Origin: a virus
Lineage: Duplodnaviria > Caudoviricetes
DNA length: 31,843 bases
Virus record (IMG/VR): IMGVR_UViG_3300037424_000687
Coordinates: 1-31,843 of that record
Direction: 5' to 3' (one strand)
In this document: positions 10,169 through 19,044 of the stretch, one piece after another
Numbering within the stretch: position 1 is the stretch's first letter
Layout of the letters: every line of letters begins with the position of its first letter
The notes under the pieces: model-generated
Told to the model about the DNA's origin: nothing
What the model saw: only the letters and a program-made list of their open reading frames with translations
The model's database searches: none
Program-made: the position numbers and the translations under genes

Positions 10169-10715
10169 GTTTGTTTATTAGCGCTAGATTTTCTCCGTAT
10201 ATCTAACAACTTATTCCAGTATTTCAATCTAGAATAAGTAAGCGATTGGATGGTTCCAATGTCTTGACCGGCGCACAATAGATTATATTGCCACTGGTCA
10301 ATATTGCTCGTTTCTAGTGTCCTAAAAAAAGTATTCCCAGACTCTCAGCAACAGTAAGATCACGATTTTTCAATAGATGAATAGTAGCCGGTTTGTTACC
10401 TGATAACGCGGCTAAAATGCCAACTATGCGATCATAGAATGATTCTATACCATCTATATTATGTTTTATCAGACCAGTGATTTCACCGTAAACCAACTTC
10501 TTTCCGTTTTCCAGTGTCTGGGTTACGCTAAAACCGTTAGCGACTTCAACCTCTACCCTACCCTCTCGAATAGCTCGTATCAATTTTCTTTCAACATCCT
10601 GACCTTTTTCTTTTAGTTTATCCAGTCTTTCTTGCTCTATATCACAATAGTCAAGGATTACCGCAAGCTGTTCCTTAGCGGATTCTTCCGATACAATATA
10701 TTCTTCTGTTTTCAT
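10165..10715 (-). CDS. Tail assembly chaperone long form (gpGT-like) via -1 ribosomal frameshift
   Basis: Slippery T TTT TTA at 10329-10323; -1 frame stays open (RTLETSNIDQWQYNLLCAGQDIGTIQSLTYSRLKYWNKLLDIRRKSSANKQT*) and its TGA overlaps the tape measure ATG. Confidence 0.8.
10314..10715 (-). CDS. Tail assembly chaperone (gpG-like)
   Basis: 133 aa between tube and tape measure; TAGGAG SD; ends in the slippery site. Confidence 0.8.
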   Translation of the reverse strand: MKTEEYIVSEESAKEQLAVILDYCDIEQERLDKLKEKGQDVERKLIRAIREGRVEVEVANGFSVTQTLENGKKLVYGEITGLIKHNIDGIESFYDRIVGILAALSGNKPATIHLLKNRDLTVAESLGILFLGH

Positions 10716-10749
10716 TGGTTGATTCTCCTATTACTAACCTTTAATTATT

Positions 10750-11130
10750 CTACGCCGCATAAACATCAAACTTATAAACAGCGTGCATTGCAACGTTAGC
10801 GGTACCTTCCATCGCGGAATATTCACCTATTTCGCAACGGCATTCGGATTTATACATTGTACCATCGGCCGCCATGTAACTACATTTGATAGGCGATCCG
10901 TTTGCGTCGATCATGATTTGATTCAATACCTCGTATTCAACAAAACTAAGATCATGTTTGATGTTAGTAATGCTACACTGTTGCCGAGTACGCTTTCCGG
11001 AGGATCCGGTATGCGTCATTTTCCCCTCGTCTTTGAAAGGAACGTTCTGAATATTCGGATCGGCATCGGCCGAGATATTGAAAGATATCCCGTTATAACT
11101 AGCTGTACGCGAACTACCTGAATAACTCAT
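10750..11130 (-). CDS. Tail tube protein
   Basis: 126 aa immediately after sheath; strong TAGGAG SD. Confidence 0.75.
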   Translation of the reverse strand: MSYSGSSRTASYNGISFNISADADPNIQNVPFKDEGKMTHTGSSGKRTRQQCSITNIKHDLSFVEYEVLNQIMIDANGSPIKCSYMAADGTMYKSECRCEIGEYSAMEGTANVAMHAVYKFDVYAA

Positions 11131-11149
11131 GATATAAATCTCCTATTGA

Positions 11150-12715
11150 TTATAAGGCAATCGAAACGTTGGCATCGAATTGAATCTGTGTGTCAAGAAC
11201 GTCGCCGGGAACGCGCAACAATACCGGTAGCACAATATCCCATCCGTTGGATAGAGAGCGCAATGCTACGTAGCCGCCAGCTTGCAACTTAGCAATAGAC
11301 CACGCGGCTGACCAGATGTATGCTTTACCTTCCCAAGCATAAAGTAGCGACATCAAATCATCTATAATATCCGAGGTGTCACGCGCTTTAATTCTTGCGG
11401 TAATGTCGGTAACCTTCGCTTTATCCGCAACAGCCGATACCCCTACCCACATATCAGACGAGAAGTTCGTTTTCACATCGTTCAAGAGATTTTGAATAAT
11501 AGAAATGTTAGAAAACTCTCTATATCCATTCGAAGCAACTGGAATAGATGCGGAATGGTAAAACGTAACAACATCGTTCAACATTACCGAGCTACCCACT
11601 ATCAACGTTGATCCGACGCCCGCCTGTTTCGCAGTCTCTCGATCGTCGAAATCAGCACACCAGTTATTCGCGTATGAACCAGGCAAAATATATTTCAACG
11701 GGGTTTTCATATACGGCTGTCCAGGCCTAATACTCGCGATTTCCTCGCACGCTCCAAGCGCCGCACACGCGACATGCACTGGATGGCTGGGACTACCGGG
11801 AACCGGCACAACGCCCGTTGTACGGTCGGTTTCCTTACGCGCTAGACCGAGAGCGAGAAGCGCCGTTAGGCCTCCGCTACCCGCCGTATTGTCGCCAATT
11901 AGCGCTCGCACGGGCCGAGCAACGAGCTTCCCGTAGTTGCCGCTTACCGTATTACCAACACCATTCCATGTGGATAGCGAATTCAATGTCGTAGTATCGG
12001 TAATGCTACCCGGAAACGCGATCGCTGTATAATGGTTATCATTTGCCTGATCGCCAGCACCAAGCGCCGCGAGCGCGGTAGCCATTACAATCGTTCCAGC
12101 GCCGCCAGCCATTGGAGTTACCACTGGAGCAGTAGTACCAGCGGGATACGTTTCGCCAAAGCCATAGTTGAAACCAAGCGAGAAATTCCATCCGACAGCG
12201 CCGCTCTTCGCCGTAACGTTTAGTTTTTCAGGGGTAACCCCGTCCTTAGCAAACGTAACAGGCAGATCGGGATAATTCGCAGCAGCGGCTACAATCGCAT
12301 CAACTTGATCCTCGCCGTCCGCGCCAATCGCAAGATTTATATTTTCTATCTTCTCAGAACCAACGTAAAAATGTAACGTACCCGATCCGGTTAGAGTTCC
12401 GGCAAACAGAATGGAACCAGCGGATTCGGTAGCAGTTGACTCATGCACGATCATGGCATCGATAGAACCGCTGAATTCTTGAGATACCCATTCAATCAAC
12501 TTCGCAAGCTGAAATCCCTGACCATATCGCGCCGCAGCATGAGATGGATTTACAACCGCTTCGATAGAATACTCTGTCAGTGTAGCGTCAAGCGATGGAT
12601 CGATAGTACCAATACACAATACTTTTCTAGGCAACGCATTGCTTGCAGCTTTGAAATTGGTATTTACAATCGACGCGCCTACCGCGTAACTTAGACTCGA
12701 TGGTGTAATCGTCAT
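11150..12715 (-). CDS. Contractile tail sheath protein (Mu gpL-like)
   Basis: 521 aa; KVLCIG, AAARYGQGFQL, LPVTFA, LNVTAKSG, MAGGAG motifs typical of Mu-like sheaths. Confidence 0.88.
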   Translation of the reverse strand: MTITPSSLSYAVGASIVNTNFKAASNALPRKVLCIGTIDPSLDATLTEYSIEAVVNPSHAAARYGQGFQLAKLIEWVSQEFSGSIDAMIVHESTATESAGSILFAGTLTGSGTLHFYVGSEKIENINLAIGADGEDQVDAIVAAAANYPDLPVTFAKDGVTPEKLNVTAKSGAVGWNFSLGFNYGFGETYPAGTTAPVVTPMAGGAGTIVMATALAALGAGDQANDNHYTAIAFPGSITDTTTLNSLSTWNGVGNTVSGNYGKLVARPVRALIGDNTAGSGGLTALLALGLARKETDRTTGVVPVPGSPSHPVHVACAALGACEEIASIRPGQPYMKTPLKYILPGSYANNWCADFDDRETAKQAGVGSTLIVGSSVMLNDVVTFYHSASIPVASNGYREFSNISIIQNLLNDVKTNFSSDMWVGVSAVADKAKVTDITARIKARDTSDIIDDLMSLLYAWEGKAYIWSAAWSIAKLQAGGYVALRSLSNGWDIVLPVLLRVPGDVLDTQIQFDANVSIAL

Positions 12716-12732
12716 AGCTATAATTCTCCTAT

Positions 12733-13365
12733 TTATTCGTATTCTGTGGTAACACCGGTTCGAACCACGGTGTCATCATTTAGTTTCATTCCGAGATCAA
12801 TTATTTCTACAGGCTCGCCTTCGACAACGGCGGTAGTTTCGGTTACAGAAACAGTAAGATTCATGTTTGCAGTCGATATTAATAAATCACCTAGATAAGT
12901 CGGCTCACCGGTGTTTACGTTTTCTATCCACCGTGAACGAGCCAATCCAACCGTAAGACCTAAATCAAGATTGCTCCCATCGCGCAATATTTGATAAACC
13001 GCTGCGATAAACGTACTCAATGCTTGATTAGCGAGTTGTCTAGTATTTTGTACAGCCGTCAAAGCAGCGGCCTTTTCTAGCGCCGTGCTTTCTGGATCAT
13101 TCAACGTTGCCAAATCGGCACTTGCTGGAGTACCAAGCGAAAGTTCTATATTATAAGTAACATCCCAACCGGCGGGCCCGTTCAACCCGGATTTCTTATT
13201 GATAATAGCGTTATTGAAATATACCGCAACGCTAGCATTAGTGTTTTTTATATTTGCTGAATCTTCCGGCGTAGTTTTATACCCGCATACACGAAACTGC
13301 CCATTCGCGCCATTCCCTAAAATGGTTGTGATAGCTCCCTGAACAGTTATGAAATTCATAGTCAT
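12733..13365 (-). CDS. Putative tail terminator / neck protein
   Basis: 210 aa between head-tail adaptor and sheath; synteny only. Confidence 0.55.
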   Translation of the reverse strand: MTMNFITVQGAITTILGNGANGQFRVCGYKTTPEDSANIKNTNASVAVYFNNAIINKKSGLNGPAGWDVTYNIELSLGTPASADLATLNDPESTALEKAAALTAVQNTRQLANQALSTFIAAVYQILRDGSNLDLGLTVGLARSRWIENVNTGEPTYLGDLLISTANMNLTVSVTETTAVVEGEPVEIIDLGMKLNDDTVVRTGVTTEYE

Positions 13366-13751
13366 TAGTCGCCAGGCTCCTCTTCCTCAACCACGGCCGA
13401 CTGATCGGCTCGCGTTAGGTATAGAGTGATAACGCCCAACGACTTACCATGGCTAACCGGACGATCGCAAATATAGTCTTCCATAGTTCCGGTAAGACTC
13501 GGTGTAGCTGGTATACGAACATGCAACGGTTTTGACGGATCAAGAGTATAATCTAATGAAGATAACCTAAGCGTAACAGCTGGTTTATTTACTATGAATC
13601 CTTCAGCATCACGAGAGTTGTATGTTACCTGACCCGTAAGACTCTGCTTTGCACCATTAGGATACGTAATAGTAACCGGCAAGCCAAATACACCCGAATC
13701 TTCAAGCGTGGTTTCCAAACAACTTTCCGCTAGCTCTCGTAGATTTGTCAT
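13365..13751 (-). CDS. Putative head-tail joining protein (lambda FII-like)
   Basis: 128 aa, beta-rich, follows major capsid; FGLPVTIT...PAVTLRLSSL pattern; synteny. Confidence 0.55.
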   Translation of the reverse strand: MTNLRELAESCLETTLEDSGVFGLPVTITYPNGAKQSLTGQVTYNSRDAEGFIVNKPAVTLRLSSLDYTLDPSKPLHVRIPATPSLTGTMEDYICDRPVSHGKSLGVITLYLTRADQSAVVEEEEPGD

Positions 13752-13759
13752 TTTTTTCT

Positions 13760-13810
13760 AAAAAGTGGCGGCTTACTAAGTTTCGAGCACGATCCGTTTC
13801 AGCCGCACAC
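13760..13810 (-). terminator. Possible intrinsic terminator after the major capsid gene
   Basis: Minus strand GTG(T)GCGGCT-27 nt-AGCCGCCAC then TTTTT; loop is unusually long. Confidence 0.45.
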
Positions 13811-13845
13811 TCCCAACCAATCAACAGAAAGAGGCGATAGAGGAA

Positions 13846-15033
13846 TTAGGTAGCACACCCGGTTAATGTAATAATACTATCGGTATGAACCGGAGCAAAC
13901 ACGACGCTACTTTGAGTACGCGCCGTATATCCAGTTCGCTTTTCATTTTCATAAATGTCGTGCTCAATGCTTCCAGGTCTAACAATCCAGTTACCCGGAG
14001 GAGTTTCGAGGCCATCATCGCCAGTAGAAATGCCCACAAGATCTTCCATTTGACGACGCGCTTCTTCAGACAACTCGTTTTTACCAGTCGGTCCGATATA
14101 CACGCGATATTCAACTTCGGTATTGAACAATAGCGCGGTTTTTGCCGTCATGTAAGGAGTAATAACCCCGCTAGAATTCGTATAAGTTTCCCGGCAAACA
14201 AATACATCTAGAGTTGGACACGACGGAATCGTAATCCTACCGCGATACATAAACCCGCCATCTACTAGATGCTGCAAATTAGCAGGCGCAGGATACGAAC
14301 CGGCTTCAATAAAATTGTAGCCTTTTATATCCGAAAGAAACGCGATTGACGTTTCCGAAAACAATGCATCAGTACTATATCCATCAAGTAATAGCACGTT
14401 TGGCCTAGAGCTACCGACGGTCTCAGACTGAAGGATAGCGGCTTTAAAATTTGCAGCAGGATCGCCAGAACCGCTATCCCATGTAGCACCACAAGCGATC
14501 GTATTACCCGCCACTCGTTTGAAATCGATAACGAACGTAGCGCTTTCGACTTTGTACGCCATTTTACCAGTTTGAATAACCGAAGCAGCGGACATTTCAT
14601 TGAGTCGTATGATTTGTCTACTCTGTTCGCGAAACAGTTGAATCAACTTATCCTGCAATCGTTCGCGACGAGTTTTTTCCGAGAGCTTCTCACCTGCTTG
14701 GCGCTGAAGCGTAGCCTTAGCGGGAATATACGATAGCACTTGCGATAGCGGAAACTGACGCGAAAAGTTCGTATACTTATCATCGACCAATAGTTTTCGG
14801 TCGAGATCGGTTCCTGGAATCGTATCCCTACTAATGAATTCAGCAGTTCTAGTATTCGATCGTGAAACATCGTAGGTAAAGATATCGCTATCCGGACTGT
14901 AATATTCGTCAGCCATTTTGAAGATCGATTGAAAACCGGCGGGTACGCCCATCTTATCACGATCGCGAAAGGCCTTCGAAAAGAACACGGTAAAACCGCC
15001 CATTGTCGGCGGAGTATTGCTGTAATAACCCAT
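13846..15033 (-). CDS. Major capsid protein (lambda gpE-like)
   Basis: 395 aa after decoration gene; IIRLNEMSAASVIQTGK, VIDFKR, TWDSGSGDP, TARTQSSVVFAP fit the gpE family. Confidence 0.85.
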   Translation of the reverse strand: MGYYSNTPPTMGGFTVFFSKAFRDRDKMGVPAGFQSIFKMADEYYSPDSDIFTYDVSRSNTRTAEFISRDTIPGTDLDRKLLVDDKYTNFSRQFPLSQVLSYIPAKATLQRQAGEKLSEKTRRERLQDKLIQLFREQSRQIIRLNEMSAASVIQTGKMAYKVESATFVIDFKRVAGNTIACGATWDSGSGDPAANFKAAILQSETVGSSRPNVLLLDGYSTDALFSETSIAFLSDIKGYNFIEAGSYPAPANLQHLVDGGFMYRGRITIPSCPTLDVFVCRETYTNSSGVITPYMTAKTALLFNTEVEYRVYIGPTGKNELSEEARRQMEDLVGISTGDDGLETPPGNWIVRPGSIEHDIYENEKRTGYTARTQSSVVFAPVHTDSIITLTGCAT

Positions 15034-15066
15034 ATATATTTCTCCTATATTCCTTAGATGTTAGTC

Positions 15067-15534
15067 TTATGCGTTTTCGTAGGTTGAGGCGTCGATAACG
15101 CTCATAGTCCACAATCCGATTTCGCGAAGTGCGTCTTTGATGGTTCCCCAGCTCTGTGGAGTATCGGTATTCATTATCAACACGCTAGCCAGCGTTAGCG
15201 AGTTTTCGAATACCAGAAGCGCTTGATTGATAAACACGTTAGAACCCCCAACGAGTATCGAACCATCATCAAGGGTAACATCAGCGGCCTTGATTGCGGC
15301 TTCGGTAATCGTAGGTCCGACATAGATACCGCGCGGTTTCCATTGCCCATCAGCCGCGTCAACGTCGGTCATTGGTACCCATTTACCGCTAGCGGCAACT
15401 TTCGCCATTACGGTATTAGTAGCCAAATCACCAGAACGCGAACCATTGGTTAGCAGAGTTCCACCTTCATAATTGGGATATCCGCCTTGTACTAGATTAG
15501 TAAGATTTACATCCAAACTTGCTTGAAGAGTCAT
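15067..15534 (-). CDS. Head decoration protein (lambda gpD-like)
   Basis: TVMAKVAASGKWVP...DG...PRGI and DALREIGL motifs; between protease and capsid. Confidence 0.75.
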   Translation of the reverse strand: MTLQASLDVNLTNLVQGGYPNYEGGTLLTNGSRSGDLATNTVMAKVAASGKWVPMTDVDAADGQWKPRGIYVGPTITEAAIKAADVTLDDGSILVGGSNVFINQALLVFENSLTLASVLIMNTDTPQSWGTIKDALREIGLWTMSVIDASTYENA

Positions 15535-15557
15535 CGTTATATCTCCTATAAAAGAGG

Positions 15558-15968
15558 TTAGCTTTCAATATGACGCTGTTTTAGCGCCATTGCTTGATCT
15601 TCTTTGTTTAGTATCTTCCCATCGGTTGCGTACGATCTAACCGGCGCAACAATAGGCTGAATCGCTGCGACAATCGGAAGCACCGACGTTTCCGTACGAG
15701 CTTGCTCGATTTTCTTCGCGGCATTCATTTGATCTTCGTATGCAACGGCACCTTCAAGCGCCTTAGCATCGATATCGCCACTGATCGCCTTTTGTGCGAG
15801 TTGCTGAATATACGGTGTATATGCAGTGTTACCAATGTATTTCACGGCGTTACTAACAATTTCGCGTGCTGACTTCGCTCCGGACTCAAAGGCCTCTAGC
15901 CTAATCGCTTCAATCGAAGCGTTTAATTCCGGATGCTCCGCCAACATTTCTTTCAATGTCATGGCCAT
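15558..15968 (-). CDS. Possible nested in-frame scaffolding protein (Nu3-like)
   Basis: Internal MAMTLKEMLAEHPEL preceded by AAAGTAGGG; mirrors lambda C/Nu3 arrangement. Confidence 0.55.
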   Translation of the reverse strand: MAMTLKEMLAEHPELNASIEAIRLEAFESGAKSAREIVSNAVKYIGNTAYTPYIQQLAQKAISGDIDAKALEGAVAYEDQMNAAKKIEQARTETSVLPIVAAIQPIVAPVRSYATDGKILNKEDQAMALKQRHIES

Positions 15969-16820
15969 TTGAGCCCTACTTTCTTTTACAGGTTTTACAA
16001 CCGCTCTCGCTTTATTGCGAGTAGCGGATAAACTAGATATGATATCGTTATAAGATCTAACGCTCGATAACATTCCAACGGCAACAGCGTCTTTCGTTAG
16101 CACGAGTGCGCCTTTTCCGAATTTCTCGGCGATATGTTCCGTATTCTTTGAAAGGCCTTCTGAGATTCGTCCGATAAGCTTATCTTCCATATCATTCAAT
16201 CGCGCTTGTATTTGTTCGGCAAGTTTAGGATCACCAATAGGAAGATTCTTTAGTGGAGCATTCTTGCTAACAAGATTGATCTTTCTAATTCCTAATGCCT
16301 CATCCATTTTAGAGAAATCATAATAGTTAGCACATACCCCTATTGATCCTTGAGAAGTCAAATCGCTAACGGACTCTATTTTACCAGTTGCACTAGCCAA
16401 GAAATAAGCGGCACTGGCCAACATGTTTTTATTTATCGCTACCGTATTTTTCTTTTTCGATAGTTCGTTGATAGCTTGCCATGCTTCATCCATTTGAGGG
16501 TGTACTTCACCGCCTGGACTATCAAACGCAAATGCGACGTTATTCACACTGCCGCTACTTACCTTTTCTACCGCGTCGAGAATCTCTTGATACGTGGTAT
16601 AAGAATATCCAAGATATATTCCGATTTTGCTTTTACTGGTTCCAAGCACGCCGCTTATATTTATCGTAGCCACATCACCGGTCTGCGATAGTATGGAATC
16701 ATTACCCATATTACCGTCAAACATCGATAACGCGCTTTCGATATCCTTGCGCTCGGCCATCGCAATAAGGCCGAGATATTCCCGTAAGAATATTTGATCA
16801 CATGCGTATAAGTTAGGCAT
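15558..16820 (-). CDS. Prohead protease, S49 family (gpC-like), with C-terminal scaffold
   Basis: VATINISGVL, DSPGGEV, LASAAYFLASA, GSIGV. Confidence 0.9.
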   Translation of the reverse strand: MPNLYACDQIFLREYLGLIAMAERKDIESALSMFDGNMGNDSILSQTGDVATINISGVLGTSKSKIGIYLGYSYTTYQEILDAVEKVSSGSVNNVAFAFDSPGGEVHPQMDEAWQAINELSKKKNTVAINKNMLASAAYFLASATGKIESVSDLTSQGSIGVCANYYDFSKMDEALGIRKINLVSKNAPLKNLPIGDPKLAEQIQARLNDMEDKLIGRISEGLSKNTEHIAEKFGKGALVLTKDAVAVGMLSSVRSYNDIISSLSATRNKARAVVKPVKESRAQMAMTLKEMLAEHPELNASIEAIRLEAFESGAKSAREIVSNAVKYIGNTAYTPYIQQLAQKAISGDIDAKALEGAVAYEDQMNAAKKIEQARTETSVLPIVAAIQPIVAPVRSYATDGKILNKEDQAMALKQRHIES

Positions 16821-17079
16821 CTACGCGAACCTCGCCAGCAGAATCGGACGCGTAAATATAGATATCAATCGCAGCGCTATTTGTCATCGTTAGACTTTGC
16901 TCCAACCAACTAATAGCAGTAGACAAATCAGTAGGAGCCGCTGCACCTGTCAATCTGTATGTCTGAAAATATTTACTAGGAGTTAATGACCTTTTCCAGA
17001 TTACGGCCGTAGTAACATTGGTAGCAACCTTTACCCATGTATTCTTAGTACAAACTACAATAGCGGGATTAGAAGCCAT
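16813..17079 (-). CDS. Hypothetical virion-associated protein
   Basis: 88 aa, beta-rich, overlaps both portal stop and protease start. Confidence 0.6.
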   Translation of the reverse strand: MASNPAIVVCTKNTWVKVATNVTTAVIWKRSLTPSKYFQTYRLTGAAAPTDLSTAISWLEQSLTMTNSAAIDIYIYASDSAGEVRVDA

Positions 17080-18592
17080 TTGCTTTGCTCCATGGTACAG
17101 GTGTCAAATCAGGTATCTCTCGACGTAGCGCCGCTCGATTACTCAATGCATCTGATTGATTGTATTCACGAGCTACGCGCTTCAACGTAGTAGCTCCCAT
17201 TTCAATGAAAGCTTTATCGGCCGAGGCCTGTTTATTCGGATCTAGTTGCGGAATCGAAGCGCCAGCCCATCCACAACTAAGCCACGCCTTACGAAGCCTA
17301 GGATCGCTAAATCCTGGACACCTAATAGCTCCGCGAGCTATTTGATCTTCTAACCAGACACTATAAAACGGATTCAGATAGTCGCTTGATAGTTCTGAAA
17401 TCCAAAAAGCTACAATCCTCCAAAACATTTGAAGCTCACCGCGGCTTGCTGAATAGCTATCCTGGAAAAGCATTTTTACAATTGATAGTGGAACCCCTAA
17501 TGATGCGGACACATATTGAGCTATCGATTCGAAAAACGCTGGATACACGAGCGAAGGACTGGTTTTTCGAAACGGTTCCAACGACTCCCCGGCGCCGAGA
17601 TTCAACACGCCTATCGCGCCGGGTTGCCTCGATACCGACTCGGCCAGTTCTTGATATTCCGGCATCTCGGTATCTGTTTCAGTAGACGCCATATTCTGTT
17701 GGCCGTCACCATGCCAAAATGCCGGGGTATCGAATCCGCCCCCACTAGAAGGGGCGTCGTCAGACGGTTTCACGTAGAATGATAGCTGTGATTGCTGTAC
17801 GGCCGCGTGAAGCTCCGCCAATTCGTACTCGGTTAGGATGTTTGCCTCTTCTAATACATGGGCTAAACGAGATAAACCACGCGTTTGACCTGCAAAAACA
17901 GGCAAAAAACCGTGCAAAATGATAGGCTTTCCGTTAGAAGTCTTAGCCGGAATAATCTCAGTTTTACCGCTGTTATCTTCTTTTTTGAGATTATAACCGG
18001 TAGGAGCGCCGTATTCATCTACGATAACTCCATAATGGGGCTTATCTCGCTCTCTACCCGGCACTATCTGATCCGGATCTATCATACCAAATCGAACGCC
18101 ATCCGGTTCGTAGTAAACCCTAACGAAATATTCACCGTCTCTATGTTGCGAAGTCGAGCATAATCTCTGCAACTGATAGAAAGTTAGCGACTTCTCAACA
18201 TGGTTATCTTTATCAGAAGCGTAATAATCGAATTTAGTTTCTATATTTCTAGACCATTTCTCAAGCCTATCCGGAGATAGTCCCAAAATCTCAGCGTTGG
18301 GCGTAGCCTCTAATTGAAGACCATCCCCTACTACGCAATCGCTCAATCGCTCGACCACGGCACGTAGCAGCAACGAGTCAAAATAGGCTACACGAGCCGC
18401 CAGACGAACATCGCGAGTATTGAGCTTCAAGTCTCGCGCGGCGCGAATCGGCTTGTGTTTTGACGCGGCATTACGGGTTGCCGAATACCCCGATGACAGC
18501 ATCGCCCGAGGTCGAAGGCTGACCGTATCGGCAATCGCTTGGCTTTCCGGCGAGAGGGAAAACACACTACGTAATGAGCCCCATAAGCCCAT
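17069..18592 (-). CDS. Portal protein, lambda family
   Basis: VVGDGLQL, TFYQLQRL...DGEYF, GQTRGLS, SYSASRGEL, QLDPNKQ motifs. Confidence 0.92.
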   Translation of the reverse strand: MGLWGSLRSVFSLSPESQAIADTVSLRPRAMLSSGYSATRNAASKHKPIRAARDLKLNTRDVRLAARVAYFDSLLLRAVVERLSDCVVGDGLQLEATPNAEILGLSPDRLEKWSRNIETKFDYYASDKDNHVEKSLTFYQLQRLCSTSQHRDGEYFVRVYYEPDGVRFGMIDPDQIVPGRERDKPHYGVIVDEYGAPTGYNLKKEDNSGKTEIIPAKTSNGKPIILHGFLPVFAGQTRGLSRLAHVLEEANILTEYELAELHAAVQQSQLSFYVKPSDDAPSSGGGFDTPAFWHGDGQQNMASTETDTEMPEYQELAESVSRQPGAIGVLNLGAGESLEPFRKTSPSLVYPAFFESIAQYVSASLGVPLSIVKMLFQDSYSASRGELQMFWRIVAFWISELSSDYLNPFYSVWLEDQIARGAIRCPGFSDPRLRKAWLSCGWAGASIPQLDPNKQASADKAFIEMGATTLKRVAREYNQSDALSNRAALRREIPDLTPVPWSKANGF

Positions 18593-18862
18593 TTATCCCC
18601 GCCGATCTGCGATGAAACGAATATGTCCGCGTCCGTACAGAGTGCGGTAAAGCTGGTCTATTTCGCGTTCTAACCTCAAGATTGCTTTCTCTATTCCCTC
18701 TGAATTTCGATATGAAACCTTCTGAGATGCCTCACCAGAATTGAATTCAAACGATCCAATTTCTTGTGCTGACATCCTAGTTAGAGTTGTTTCCAGAATA
18801 GCGAGCCTGGCCGTTTTAGCCTCAAGCCGTGCAACTAGCCGATTGTATTGTAAAATTAACAT
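18593..18862 (-). CDS. Head completion protein (gpW-like)
   Basis: SFEFNSGEASQKVSYRN...ILRLEREI motif before the portal. Start uncertain: ATG 18862 preferred because the track start (18889) lies in the loop of the solitary repeat. Confidence 0.65.
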   Translation of the reverse strand: MLILQYNRLVARLEAKTARLAILETTLTRMSAQEIGSFEFNSGEASQKVSYRNSEGIEKAILRLEREIDQLYRTLYGRGHIRFIADRRG

Positions 18863-18877
18863 TATACTAGATACACA

Positions 18878-18913
18878 GTCGCGACTCATAAGCTGTCACG
18901 CTAGCATTATTAA
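18878..18913 (-). repeat. Solitary CRISPR-like repeat unit
   Basis: + strand GTCGCGACTCATAAGCTGTCACGCTAGCATTATTAA, 25/36 ungapped identity to the array repeat, stem retained by compensatory changes. Confidence 0.75.
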
Positions 18914-18939
18914 ACACCATTAATAACAACTAAAGCCAC

Positions 18940-18968
18940 ATTATGCAGATTAGAGCAAATGGTTTGAA
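18940..18968 (-). promoter_or_regulatory. Candidate sigma70-type promoter for the solitary repeat and head operon
   Basis: Minus strand TTCAAA-17 bp-CATAAT, 26 bp upstream of the repeat. Confidence 0.4.
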
Positions 18969-18983
18969 GAAACCAGCTTCATT

Positions 18984-19025
18984 ATTGTAGCGGATTGTAG
19001 CGGAAAATGTTTGCGATTGTAGCGG
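18984..19025. promoter_or_regulatory. Three direct repeats ATTGTAGCGG in the divergent intergenic region
   Basis: Exact copies at 18984, 18994 and 19016. Confidence 0.6.
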
Positions 19026-19044
19026 AAGCTGTTAGCTTCTGGGT

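Noticed and set aside
13765-13810. Hammerhead ribozyme (CTGA...GAAA)
   Set aside because: Lacks the CUGANGA core and required stems.
14341-14378. Spacer 22915-22952 vs capsid gene (DAIFAESRI / DALFSETSI)
   Set aside because: About 19/36 nt identity, and a similar weak match exists in the gp44-like gene; not distinguishable from chance.
505-18923. Many short + strand and alternate-frame ORFs over the structural operon
   Set aside because: Shadow frames of well-supported minus-strand genes, with no motifs.
18925-18937. ACAACTAAAGCC as a second degenerate repeat
   Set aside because: Needs two gaps, has no stem, and spacing does not fit an array.
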